A program made the translations under genes and the position numbers. From Rubrobacter sp. (GTDB lineage: Bacteria > Actinomycetota > Rubrobacteria > Rubrobacterales > Rubrobacteraceae), in contig JACCWD010000090.1 in the NCBI GenBank assembly GCA_013697825.1, positions 1,318-65,317 on the forward strand: a DNA stretch of 64,000 nucleotides, given 5' to 3'. This document shows positions 11,214-19,495 of the stretch, piece by piece. Under the pieces are notes generated by a model, which was not told the origin of the DNA, searched no databases, and saw nothing but the letters and a program-made list of their open reading frames with translations. Position 1 is the first letter of the stretch, and each line of letters starts with the position of its first letter.

Positions 11214-12341
11214 ATGCCGGTAGAGTTCGTGGACGGGAACCCACGCTATACCCTCGGGGTCGAGGAAGAACTTTGCATCGTGGACGGGGCGACGGGCGAA
11301 CTCGTCCCGAAGATCGAAGAAATAATGTCGCGCCTCCCCGAAGATTTGCGCGACGCCGTATCGTATGAACTCTTCCAGTCCGTCCTCGAAATAAAGACGC
11401 CGCCGTGCGAGTCGGTTCAGGAAGTGGAGAAGGTCCTCCGCGAACTCCGCACCCGCGTCGGGTCGTGGACGGCGGCGTGCGGAGCCTCGCTCGCTTCCGC
11501 CGGAACCCATCCCTTCTCGAAGTACCGCGATCAGAAAATAACCGACCACGAGCGGTACCGCCAAGTCATAGAAACCCTCCGGTGGGTCGCCTCGCGGGAG
11601 GTCATCTTCGGGCAGCACGTCCACGTTTCGATCCCCGGCCCCGAGGAGGCGATTCAGGCCCATAACCGACTCGCCGAGCAAGCCCCGCTCCTCCTCGCTC
11701 TTTCGGCGAATTCCCCGTACTGGCAGGGGATGGACACGGGCTTCGAGTCGAGCCGGGTGAAGATCTTCGAGACGTTCCCCCGAGCGGGGATGCCCCCGGC
11801 GTTCCCGGACTACGAGGCGTTCGAGGAATACGTGGATCTCATGGTCGAGTCCGGCGCGATGGACGACTATACGTTTTGCTGGTGGGACGTCCGCCCCCAC
11901 TCGAAGTTCGGAACCATCGAACTCCGCGTCCTCGACTCGCAAACGAGCCTCAAAGAAACGGTCGCCCTCACCGCACTCACCCGGTGCATCGTCGCCCGCG
12001 CCATCGAGGGCGAGGCTCCGAAAGGCCCGTACAACCGCGAACTCGGCCTCGAAAACAAATGGCGTGCGTCGCGCCACGGCATGGACGCCGCCTTCTTCAA
12101 CCTCGCCGAAAGACGCTCCATCCCCGCCCCCGACCTCGCCCGCTCGCTCGTCGAAAACTTGAAGGAACACGCGCAAGACCTCGCGTGCGAGGACGAATTA
12201 ATGCACGTCCTCGACATAGTCGAAGGCGGAACGGGCGGGCAAAAACAGCGTGAAATCTACGAGGAGAGCGGAGACTTCCTCGATGTGGTCGCGTTCCTCA
12301 TCGAGAACACCCGTCCGGCGATGGCGGGCGACCCGAGCTGA
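11214..12341 (+). CDS. ybdK: Carboxylate-amine ligase, YbdK / GCS2 family
   Basis: YTLGVEEELCIVD start, ELFQSVLEIKTPPC, and a full-length 375-aa glutamate-cysteine ligase family 2 pattern. Confidence 0.85.
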   Translation: MPVEFVDGNPRYTLGVEEELCIVDGATGELVPKIEEIMSRLPEDLRDAVSYELFQSVLEIKTPPCESVQEVEKVLRELRTRVGSWTAACGASLASAGTHPFSKYRDQKITDHERYRQVIETLRWVASREVIFGQHVHVSIPGPEEAIQAHNRLAEQAPLLLALSANSPYWQGMDTGFESSRVKIFETFPRAGMPPAFPDYEAFEEYVDLMVESGAMDDYTFCWWDVRPHSKFGTIELRVLDSQTSLKETVALTALTRCIVARAIEGEAPKGPYNRELGLENKWRASRHGMDAAFFNLAERRSIPAPDLARSLVENLKEHAQDLACEDELMHVLDIVEGGTGGQKQREIYEESGDFLDVVAFLIENTRPAMAGDPS

Positions 12342-12343
12342 GA

Positions 12344-12370
12344 AGAAGGTTTCAGGCTTCGGGTTTCAGG
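12344..12370. repeat. TTCAGG-type heptamer array (left arm of the pair bracketing the arginase gene)
   Basis: GAAGGTTTCAGGCTTCGGGTTTCAGG starts 3 nt after the ybdK stop. It matches the reverse complement of 13443-13475 at 24/26 positions. Confidence 0.7.
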
Positions 12371-12564
12371 AAATGCCGCAGACGATGGCGTCTTCGGTCG
12401 AGTCGCACACTCCCGAGCGAAAAGCGGAGTTCCTCCTTCAAAACGCCGTGGGGGTCGAAGATCACGAGAAAGTTCGCGAGGAAGTGAGAAAGCTCGACGT
12501 AAAGCCCGACTCGGTTCCCCACGACAGACTCGCTTAACCCGGTGCGAGAACATTCGCCGGGATT

Positions 12565-13416
12565 TCAACGAAGGAGGTTTCGAACGAGTCGCACACCCGA
12601 GCGAAGCACCGCTCCGTCGTGATCGAAGGCCGGATCGTATGAGGCGATTCCGACGGCGGCGACTTCGCAATATTCGCGCATGAGACGAACCGCTCGCTCC
12701 ACCTCTTCGACCGTCAAACCGTCCGGCGGAGCGAACTCGTTGGCGGCTCCGACACTTCGCGGGTCGAGGACGTCGAGGTCGAGATGAAGATACACCTTCC
12801 GGGTGCGACTCCCCAAATCTTCGAGCGCGAACTTCAGTTTCTCCATCCCGGCCCCGGACTTCGACTCCCGCGCCTCGAACACGGAGATTTCGGAGTCAGA
12901 GAGGCGTTTTCTTTCTTCCGGCTCTATGTCCCGAGCGCCGACCAATACCACGTTCTTCTCCGGCACGGGCGAGAAATGCGGCACGTTCGCGGCCATGCTT
13001 TTCCAGCAATGGCCCACGGCGATGGCGAGCCCCATGTTGTCCGAGAAGCCGGTGGTCGTCGTTTCCGGCGTGTTGAAATCGGCATGCCCGTCGAACCACA
13101 CGATGCCGACATCTTCGTCTCCGATTCCGGCGACGGTTCCGACGGAATTATTGCAATTGCCGGACAGTACGAGCGGAAACTCGCCCGACTCCCGGCAATC
13201 CCGGATCTCCCCGGCGACGAGCCGATCGAGTTCGAAAGCGACGGCGACCTCGGCGGAAAGCGCGCTCCCGGACTCCAAAACGCGAACCTCCACATCATAC
13301 CCGGTCGCCGAAAGAAAGTCGGCGAGTCCGTTTCGGAGGAGGTATTCGGGGCCACGCCCCATGCGAAGATTCCGGTGTCCCGAGTCGTACGGAACCGCGA
13401 TCGCACGCACGTTCAC
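12565..13416 (-). CDS. Arginase family protein (arginase/agmatinase/formiminoglutamase type)
   Basis: Mn-binding motifs (WFDGHADFNTP, SGNCNNS, HLDLDVLDP). 283 aa with a GTG start preceded by GAGGGGAGAGGG. Confidence 0.8.
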   Translation of the reverse strand: MNVRAIAVPYDSGHRNLRMGRGPEYLLRNGLADFLSATGYDVEVRVLESGSALSAEVAVAFELDRLVAGEIRDCRESGEFPLVLSGNCNNSVGTVAGIGDEDVGIVWFDGHADFNTPETTTTGFSDNMGLAIAVGHCWKSMAANVPHFSPVPEKNVVLVGARDIEPEERKRLSDSEISVFEARESKSGAGMEKLKFALEDLGSRTRKVYLHLDLDVLDPRSVGAANEFAPPDGLTVEEVERAVRLMREYCEVAAVGIASYDPAFDHDGAVLRSGVRLVRNLLR

Positions 13417-13442
13417 CGCCGCCGACCCTCTCCCCTCAATTA

Positions 13443-13475
13443 CCTGAAACCTGAAACCCGATGCCTGAAGCCTTC
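13443..13475. repeat. TTCAGG-type heptamer array (right arm of the pair bracketing the arginase gene)
   Basis: CCTGAAACCTGAAACCCGATGCCTGAAGCCTTC ends 1 nt before the stop codon of the AsnC-like gene. Confidence 0.7.
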
Positions 13476-13476
13476 T

Positions 13477-13758
13477 TTATTCCTCGAACCCCATGCTCCA
13501 TACCCGGTCGAGATCATAGTTCGAATACGTGCGGAAGGCCACCATCGTCTCGGTTCTCGCGACGCCGGGGGCCTGCGCGATCTTCCCCGGCACGATGTCG
13601 TTAAGGCTCTCGAAGTCCGGGATGCGAACCATGACGACGAGGTCGTGGGGGCCGGTGACGGAGTACGCTTCGGTCACGCCCTCTATTTCAATGATGGCTT
13701 GCGCGGCTTCCTGAACGCGCTCGCCTTCGGTGGTGACGAGGACTATCGCCGTTACCAA
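13477..13758 (-). CDS. Lrp/AsnC ligand-binding domain protein (no HTH)
   Basis: 93 aa with the pattern AIVLVTTE..IEGVTEAYSVTGPHDLVVMVRIPDFESL..APGVARTETMVAF. Confidence 0.75.
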   Translation of the reverse strand: MVTAIVLVTTEGERVQEAAQAIIEIEGVTEAYSVTGPHDLVVMVRIPDFESLNDIVPGKIAQAPGVARTETMVAFRTYSNYDLDRVWSMGFEE

Positions 13759-13771
13759 AAGAACCCCCTCC

Positions 13772-14737
13772 TCATACTCCGAACGTCACGGTTCCGGTGA
13801 GCGTGTTGTTGTCGAGGAACTCCTCGTACTCGACGGGGCCGGCCTCGACGGTGACCTCCGCGGTCTCGTCCACCTCGCCGGGGCGGAAGCCGGTGACTTC
13901 GATGGTCGCCGTCCCGCCGTTCGCCTCGATGCGCTCGATGGTCGCCGTTTGCGACTGGCGGTCGTTTTGCGTGTTTATTATGACCTCGACGGGGACGGCG
14001 GTCTCCGGGACCTCCCCCCCGTTCGTTATGACGACGGTGAAAGAAGGCTCGTCGTCGCCCGAGAGGATGACGTTCCCCCCCGGAGGGAGCGGCTGTTCGC
14101 CCGCGACTGTGACGGATGTGATCTCCACCCCGTGCAATGCGTTCGGGTCGTCCCTCGCCCCCACCGGATCATCCGTCGCCGTCTCGAACCCGGTCTCTTC
14201 ATAGTCCATGAACGGGGGTGGCTCCTCGATGAAGTCCTGGTCGCGGGTCTGACCGACGCTCTCCAGAGAACCCCCGACAGCGGGGAGATAATGGTTGCGT
14301 AATATACCATCGCTCAGGCGATAGCTGTCCACGGCCTGCGCGTACGCCTCCGGGAAGTTGTCCGGGTTGTCGGCGGCGGTGGTCGCGAGGCGTTCGGTCG
14401 CCTCCGCCCGGATACCGAGCGCGCTCACCATATAGTGATCCGCATCGTTGAACTCGAGAGGAACCTCCTCGTTTCCGAGGGCGCGGCTGTAAAGAAGCTC
14501 GGACTGGTTCGCCGCCTGGCTTATGGCTTCGGCGTTGAGGTTGCCGGGTTCTCCCTCGGCGCTCGCGAGGACGCTTTGGAGTTGTTCGGTTCCGGTGTTC
14601 GAAGAGTCGGCGAGGATGCTGTCGGCGTTCGTGACGTATTTACGGACTTGCGTGGATTCCTGAGTGGCGACGCATCCGCGTACCACGAAGAAAATAAAGA
14701 CGAACGCCATGAAGAGGAAGAAGATCGAGCCGAGCAT
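13772..14737 (-). CDS. Membrane-anchored protein with C-terminal CARDB-like beta domain
   Basis: ORF 13772..14923 overlaps tRNA-Leu at its 5' end, so it is over-extended. The first ATG after the tRNA gives MLGSIFFLFMAFVFIFFVV (TM). A non-ATG start between 14737 and 14880 is possible. Confidence 0.45.
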   Translation of the reverse strand: MLGSIFFLFMAFVFIFFVVRGCVATQESTQVRKYVTNADSILADSSNTGTEQLQSVLASAEGEPGNLNAEAISQAANQSELLYSRALGNEEVPLEFNDADHYMVSALGIRAEATERLATTAADNPDNFPEAYAQAVDSYRLSDGILRNHYLPAVGGSLESVGQTRDQDFIEEPPPFMDYEETGFETATDDPVGARDDPNALHGVEITSVTVAGEQPLPPGGNVILSGDDEPSFTVVITNGGEVPETAVPVEVIINTQNDRQSQTATIERIEANGGTATIEVTGFRPGEVDETAEVTVEAGPVEYEEFLDNNTLTGTVTFGV

Positions 14738-14881
14738 CGTCAGCCACGCCGGGAGGGTGCGCCCACCCCTTTGCTTCGGGCGCTTGGAGCCGCCACCGGC
14801 GGGCTTCCGTTGCGACCGCTGCGCGGGTTTACGCGAAGGTCTCTCTCGCTCAGCTATCTCGACACCCCCCTGAGAGGCCGT

Positions 14882-14965
14882 GTGGGCGAGGGGGGACTCG
14901 AACCCCCACGTCCTCTCGGACACTAGACCCTGAACCTAGCGCGTCTACCAATTCCGCCACTCGCC
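14882..14965 (-). tRNA. tRNA-Leu (anticodon CAG)
   Basis: Hand-folded. Acceptor GGGCGAG/CTCGCCC, anticodon stem CTAGG/TCTAG with loop TTCAGGG, long variable arm, T arm GGGGG-TTCGAGT-CCCCC. No encoded CCA. Confidence 0.9.
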
Positions 14966-15064
14966 CGCGACATACGTAAAACACTCTCTTTGAACCTCTT
15001 TCTTTCCGAGGCCCGAAGTTGCGTGGATTCTACCAGCACGAAGACGCCTTTGGCGAATGCTCGC

Positions 15065-15155
15065 CGTCGCTCGCCGTTCTCAGTTCTTAGTTTTTAGCCA
15101 AGAACCAAGAACTAAAAACCGAGAACCCGAGCGGAGCCAAAGGCGAAGCGACCCC
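15065..15155. repeat. Heptamer-array inverted-repeat element, short hairpin form (GTTCTNA / AAGAACC words)
   Basis: GTCGCTCGCC, GTTCTCAGTTCTTAGTTTTTA, then AAGAACCAAGAACTAAAAACCGAGAACC, CGAGCGGAGCC and GGCGAAGCGACCCCC. Same termini as the element at 8883. Confidence 0.7.
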
Positions 15156-15191
15156 CTTTTCTCTTCGAGGATTCAGAATCACGCGGGGGCG

Positions 15192-16841
15192 ATGGCTTAC
15201 AATACTCTTCGAGTCGTGGCGGAGACACGTTACATAGAGGGCCAGAGCCGATACGCGCTCTCCGAGATGATCGGGCGCGGCGGCTTCGCGACCGTCTGGC
15301 GAGCACGACCCCTCGGCGGCTTGGTACGCGGCGAAGATGTCGCTATAAAGGTGATTCCGGTTTACAACGAACCGGAGAGATCCCGTGCGCTGCGCGAAGG
15401 GCAAATCGCCGAGTATCTCAAACACCCGAACATCGTCGAGACGCTCGAAGTAATACCGGGCGAGCATGAGATTTATCTCGTGACCGAGTTCGTGGAGGGG
15501 CTTCCGCTCGACGAGGCGGCCCGCTTCTACGGCGTGGAGGAGGTCGTGGATTCGCTCGCGCAGGTTCTCGAAGCCCTCGTGTACGCTCACGGGCAAGGCA
15601 TCATCCACCGCGACATAAAGCCCCAAAACGCCCTCGTTGACAGGCGGGGAACCGTGAAATTGACCGACTTCGGGGTCGCATACCGGGCCGGGGACACGAG
15701 ATTGACCCGGATCGGGTTCGCGGTGGGGACACCGGGGTACATCGCGCCGGAGATCCTCGACGGCTCCGATCCGACCGCGCTCACGGACATATACGCGGTC
15801 GGGGCGACGGCGCGGGCGCTCCTCTCGCACCAGCCGGAGGAGCCGACCGACCGACTCCGGGACTTCATAGACCGGGCGACCTCCCCGAACCCGGCGCACC
15901 GCCCGCCGAGCGCGTGGGCCGCCCTCAAACTCCTCACCGGGAGGAAAGCCCCGGCGGCCAAGTCCCCGGCGCAGGCTTCCGCGAGCAAAACGCGACGGAT
16001 CGAGAACCGCGAAAGGCGCGCTGAAAAAAGGCCGATGGAGCGGATACCCGCCGCCCTCGCCTCGAGCGCGATGCGGGCCGCGAACGGTCTCGCCGCCGGA
16101 TACCTCGGGTATTTGCTCGGGAGTTCCCTTTTGCTTTTGGGCGGAGCGGAGTCGGCGGGGATCGCCGCCGGGTTCGGGGTGGCGGGGTATTTGTTGCCGC
16201 GGCTGGCGGCTATCGCGATCATCGTCGCCCTCGCGGTCGCGCTTTTGCAAGGCGGCGTGGGACTCGGCCTCGGGCTTCTCGCCCCGGCGGTCGGAGCGGT
16301 GTGGGTGGTCGGGTCGGGGTCTTTGAATCGGGGGGCCGCGAAGCTCCCTTTAGGCCCGGTACTCGCCGTCCCCCTCGCCGCCGTTAACCTCGCCGCCGGG
16401 CTTCCCATCCTCCTCGGGGCCATCATGCGGCCCATATCGGCGGGGCTTTCCGCGATGTTCGGGGGGATCGTGTTCCTCCTCGCCGCGATCCTCATGGACG
16501 ACGGGGTTCTTCCTTTCTATGGCGGAACTCCGTTCCGGGAGATACCGGAGGCGTATGGGCCGGGCGAACTCATCGGCCACCTCGAAAGGATCGTCGTTTT
16601 ATATCCCGAGGTTCTCGCTTTGCCGGTTTTGTGGGGTCTCATGGCGGTTGTCGTTTCGCTCGGGGAGTGGGCGAAGATGCCGTTCTTCGGGGTCGCCATC
16701 GCCGCGTTCGCGGGGTTGTTCGCGTATGCGGCGGTCATTTCCGGGACGCAAGAGCATCTCGTCGACGCTGTGATATCGTTCGGCCTCGCGTCTATAATAT
16801 ACGTGGCGATTAGATACCTCGTGTCATGGGCGAGAGGTTAG
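15192..16841 (+). CDS. Ser/Thr protein kinase with polytopic membrane C-terminal domain
   Basis: Hanks kinase motifs (GRGGFATVWRA, AIKV, HRDIKPQN, DFG, GTPGYIAPE) followed by about 250 aa of Gly/Ala/Leu-rich TM helices. Start at MAYNTL; upstream ORF sequence covers a repeat element. Confidence 0.85.
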   Translation: MAYNTLRVVAETRYIEGQSRYALSEMIGRGGFATVWRARPLGGLVRGEDVAIKVIPVYNEPERSRALREGQIAEYLKHPNIVETLEVIPGEHEIYLVTEFVEGLPLDEAARFYGVEEVVDSLAQVLEALVYAHGQGIIHRDIKPQNALVDRRGTVKLTDFGVAYRAGDTRLTRIGFAVGTPGYIAPEILDGSDPTALTDIYAVGATARALLSHQPEEPTDRLRDFIDRATSPNPAHRPPSAWAALKLLTGRKAPAAKSPAQASASKTRRIENRERRAEKRPMERIPAALASSAMRAANGLAAGYLGYLLGSSLLLLGGAESAGIAAGFGVAGYLLPRLAAIAIIVALAVALLQGGVGLGLGLLAPAVGAVWVVGSGSLNRGAAKLPLGPVLAVPLAAVNLAAGLPILLGAIMRPISAGLSAMFGGIVFLLAAILMDDGVLPFYGGTPFREIPEAYGPGELIGHLERIVVLYPEVLALPVLWGLMAVVVSLGEWAKMPFFGVAIAAFAGLFAYAAVISGTQEHLVDAVISFGLASIIYVAIRYLVSWARG

Positions 16842-16847
16842 GTTTTC

Positions 16848-17690
16848 TTGGGTTTCCTCAAAGGCATCGAAAAGCGGATGGAGGGACTGGTCGAGGGCGT
16901 GTTCGGTCGAGCCTTCCGCCGGCGCATCCATCCCGTGGAGATCGCGAAGGGCCTCACAAAGCAAATGGACGAGGGCCGGATGGTCTCGATCTCCCGTACA
17001 TACGCCCCGAACGACTTTACCGTACACCTCTCCGAGGACGACGCCGAGGCCATGAAGGCGTACGAGGATTCCCTCCGGGACGAGCTTATTCAATACGCCT
17101 CGACCCACGCCGAATCGAAAAGCTATCACCTCATGACCCCGCCGAACGTCCGCTTCGAGGCTGAGGACTCGCTCAGGTTCGGGGAGTTCGGGGTGACGGC
17201 GAAGCTCACGGGCGGGGACGGGCCTCGGGAGAAGGGCGCTCCCCAGGATACTTCGGGGCAGACGCGGATTTTCAAGACAGAGCAGACTACGGGAGGCTCG
17301 GTCGAACAGGGGACGGCGGCCATCTCGCTGGACGAGGCCCGCCAGCACGGCCTCGCGCGAGAGGTCGTGGAGATCGTCACGGACGACGGCCATTCGCAGC
17401 CGATCGAAGGCGCGGGGCCGTGGACGGTCGGGCGCTCGCAGGACAACGACATCGTGATCTCCGACCCGAACGTGTCGAGGCGGCACGCGAAGCTCATCCG
17501 CGAGGAGAACGGGTTCGTCATCGAGGATCTCGGCTCGACAAACGGCACACTCCTCGGAGGCGCCCCGATAGACCGCGAGCGCATCGAGAGCGGCGACGAG
17601 CTCACCTTCGGCCAAAGCGCGGCCCGCTTCGTCCGGCGCATAGACTCGCCGGAGGGCGGCGAGGCCGGGCGCCGCTCCGGGAGAGGGTAA
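16848..17690 (+). CDS. fhaA: FhaA-like protein (DUF3662 + FHA domain)
   Basis: N-terminus MGFLKGIEKRMEGLVEGVFGRAFRRRIHPVEIAKGL and a C-terminal FHA domain (GRSQDNDIVISDPNVSRRHAKL..GSTNGT). Confidence 0.85.
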   Translation: MGFLKGIEKRMEGLVEGVFGRAFRRRIHPVEIAKGLTKQMDEGRMVSISRTYAPNDFTVHLSEDDAEAMKAYEDSLRDELIQYASTHAESKSYHLMTPPNVRFEAEDSLRFGEFGVTAKLTGGDGPREKGAPQDTSGQTRIFKTEQTTGGSVEQGTAAISLDEARQHGLAREVVEIVTDDGHSQPIEGAGPWTVGRSQDNDIVISDPNVSRRHAKLIREENGFVIEDLGSTNGTLLGGAPIDRERIESGDELTFGQSAARFVRRIDSPEGGEAGRRSGRG

Positions 17691-18169
17691 TGCTCGAGCT
17701 TCAAGTTCCGCTTCTGGCGGCGAAGGCTCTCCTTCTCCTCCTCCTCTTCGCGTTCGTGTACGCGGTCGTGAGGCGCGGCATCGGCGACCTCCGAGACGTA
17801 CCCGACGACGAGGAGTTCGTGGCCGGAGCTCCACATCCCGCGAAGAAGGGCCGGGCCGCCAGCCAGCCCGAAGCCTCGGAACTCATAGTGGAGGAGTCGG
17901 AGATCTTCGCCTCCGAAACCCAGTTCGCCCTCGAGAACGGCTCGGTGAGCATCGGCCGCTCCTCCGAGAGCGGCATCGTGGTCAAAAGCGACGACTACGC
18001 CTCGGGCAAACACGCGCAGCTTTCGCGCCACGGAGGGCTTCTTTACGTCGAGGACCTCGGCTCGACGAACGGAACCTTCGTCAACGGACGAAAAACCGTC
18101 GGGGCGACGCCGCTCCGAGACGGGGACACGGTGAAGATCGGCTCGACGACTTTCAGGCTCGTGGAGTAA
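17690..18169 (+). CDS. fhaB: FhaB/FipA-like membrane-anchored FHA domain protein
   Basis: ATG overlaps the fhaA stop (TAATG). N-terminal TM helix, then an FHA domain (IGRSSESGIVVKSDDYASGKHAQL..GSTNGTFVNG). Confidence 0.8.
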   Translation: MLELQVPLLAAKALLLLLLFAFVYAVVRRGIGDLRDVPDDEEFVAGAPHPAKKGRAASQPEASELIVEESEIFASETQFALENGSVSIGRSSESGIVVKSDDYASGKHAQLSRHGGLLYVEDLGSTNGTFVNGRKTVGATPLRDGDTVKIGSTTFRLVE

Positions 18170-18172
18170 GCC

Positions 18173-19492
18173 GTGTTTTATCTCGACAGCCACGGCCTCA
18201 CCGATCCGGGCAAAGTCCGCGAAAACAACGAGGACTCGCTCCTCGTCGCCACCGGCGAGGACGAGACGCTCTTCGCCGTCGCCGACGGCATCGGGGGCTT
18301 CGAGGCGGGCGAAGTCGCGAGCCGCATGGCGATAGACGCCCTCAAGAAAATGGAGCCGAACGACCCGTTCGACGGCGCGGTGAAGGAGGCGAACCGCCGG
18401 ATACGAGCCGCCTCGAAGGGCGACGAGAGCCTCTCGGGGATGGGGACGACGATCGTTGCGATCCGCTTCGGCGGGACGAGGCAAAAGCCCCGCGCCGAGG
18501 TCGCCCACGTCGGCGACTCTCGGGCGTACCTCCTTCGGGGCGGGGATTTCAAGCCCATAACCGAGGATCACTCGCTCGTCTCCGAGCTTGTGAAGAGCGG
18601 CGACCTCACCCGCGCCGAGGCGGCGGACCACCCGCAAAGGAACCTCATAACGCGCGCGCTCGGGGCCGAGGAGAGCGTGGACGCGGACACCACGGTGCTT
18701 CCGGTGGAGGCAAACGACCGATTCCTTCTTTGCTCCGATGGATTGTCGGACATGGTGAAGGAAGCGAGGATCGAGGAGGTTCTCAACGAGCATCCGAAGG
18801 AGCCGGAGGCCGCCGCGAGGCAGCTTCTCTCCGAAGCCCTCGACGCGGGCGGATCGGACAACATAACCATCATCGTCATAGACGTGCGCGACCGGGACGA
18901 AAGAGAACGGGAAGGGAAAGAGAGCGGTCGCTCGCGCGGGACGCGCGAGATGCGGGCGGTGGGCCGCAATGCGTCCGGCGCGACCGCGGGAGCCGCCGCA
19001 CCGAGCGCGTTCGCCTCGTCATCGAGGGACGCGAAGCCCGCCAAAGGGCGGAAGGCGGGAAAGAAGCGGCGGTCGGGGATCGGGAGGTTTTTCGGGGGAC
19101 TCGTCCGGAGCCTCGCGGTCCTCGCGATCCTCGCGCTCCCGCTCACCCCGGTGTATCTGTGGGCTTCGAGCCGATACTTCCTCGACGCGGCCGGGGGCGA
19201 GGTCGTCGCGTATCGCGGCATCGCGTTCACCGTCGGCGACGTGCCTTTGAACGAGGAGTGGCAAAGGACGGGCATCGCTTTCGAGGACGTGGGCGAAGCG
19301 TACCGCGACCCGATCAACGACAACACATATTACGAGCAAGACGGCATCGAGCGGGTCCTCGATCAAATGGAGGCCGACGCCCGCTCCGACGCGCAAGAAG
19401 AGCGCGAAGCAAACGAGGAGAACGAGGCAAACCGAGAAAACGGCGGCGGAAACGACTCCGGCGCAAACGCCCCCGAAGGGCAAGGAAACTAA
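18173..19492 (+). CDS. pstP: PP2C-family Ser/Thr phosphatase with TM and extracellular C-terminal region
   Basis: Motifs TDPGKVRENNEDS, FAVADGIGG, GMGTT, LLCSDGLSD and GGSDNIT, followed by a TM segment. Confidence 0.9.
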   Translation: MFYLDSHGLTDPGKVRENNEDSLLVATGEDETLFAVADGIGGFEAGEVASRMAIDALKKMEPNDPFDGAVKEANRRIRAASKGDESLSGMGTTIVAIRFGGTRQKPRAEVAHVGDSRAYLLRGGDFKPITEDHSLVSELVKSGDLTRAEAADHPQRNLITRALGAEESVDADTTVLPVEANDRFLLCSDGLSDMVKEARIEEVLNEHPKEPEAAARQLLSEALDAGGSDNITIIVIDVRDRDEREREGKESGRSRGTREMRAVGRNASGATAGAAAPSAFASSSRDAKPAKGRKAGKKRRSGIGRFFGGLVRSLAVLAILALPLTPVYLWASSRYFLDAAGGEVVAYRGIAFTVGDVPLNEEWQRTGIAFEDVGEAYRDPINDNTYYEQDGIERVLDQMEADARSDAQEEREANEENEANRENGGGNDSGANAPEGQGN

Positions 19493-19495
19493 TTC

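Noticed and set aside
12398-12625. Apparent partial duplication (GAGTCGCACAC(T)CCCGAGCGAA) between the ybdK-arginase spacer and the arginase 3' end.
   Set aside because: The similarity is only about 22 nt and diverges immediately on both sides. It may simply be part of the shared CCGAGCG(G)A element vocabulary, so it is not reported as a duplication.
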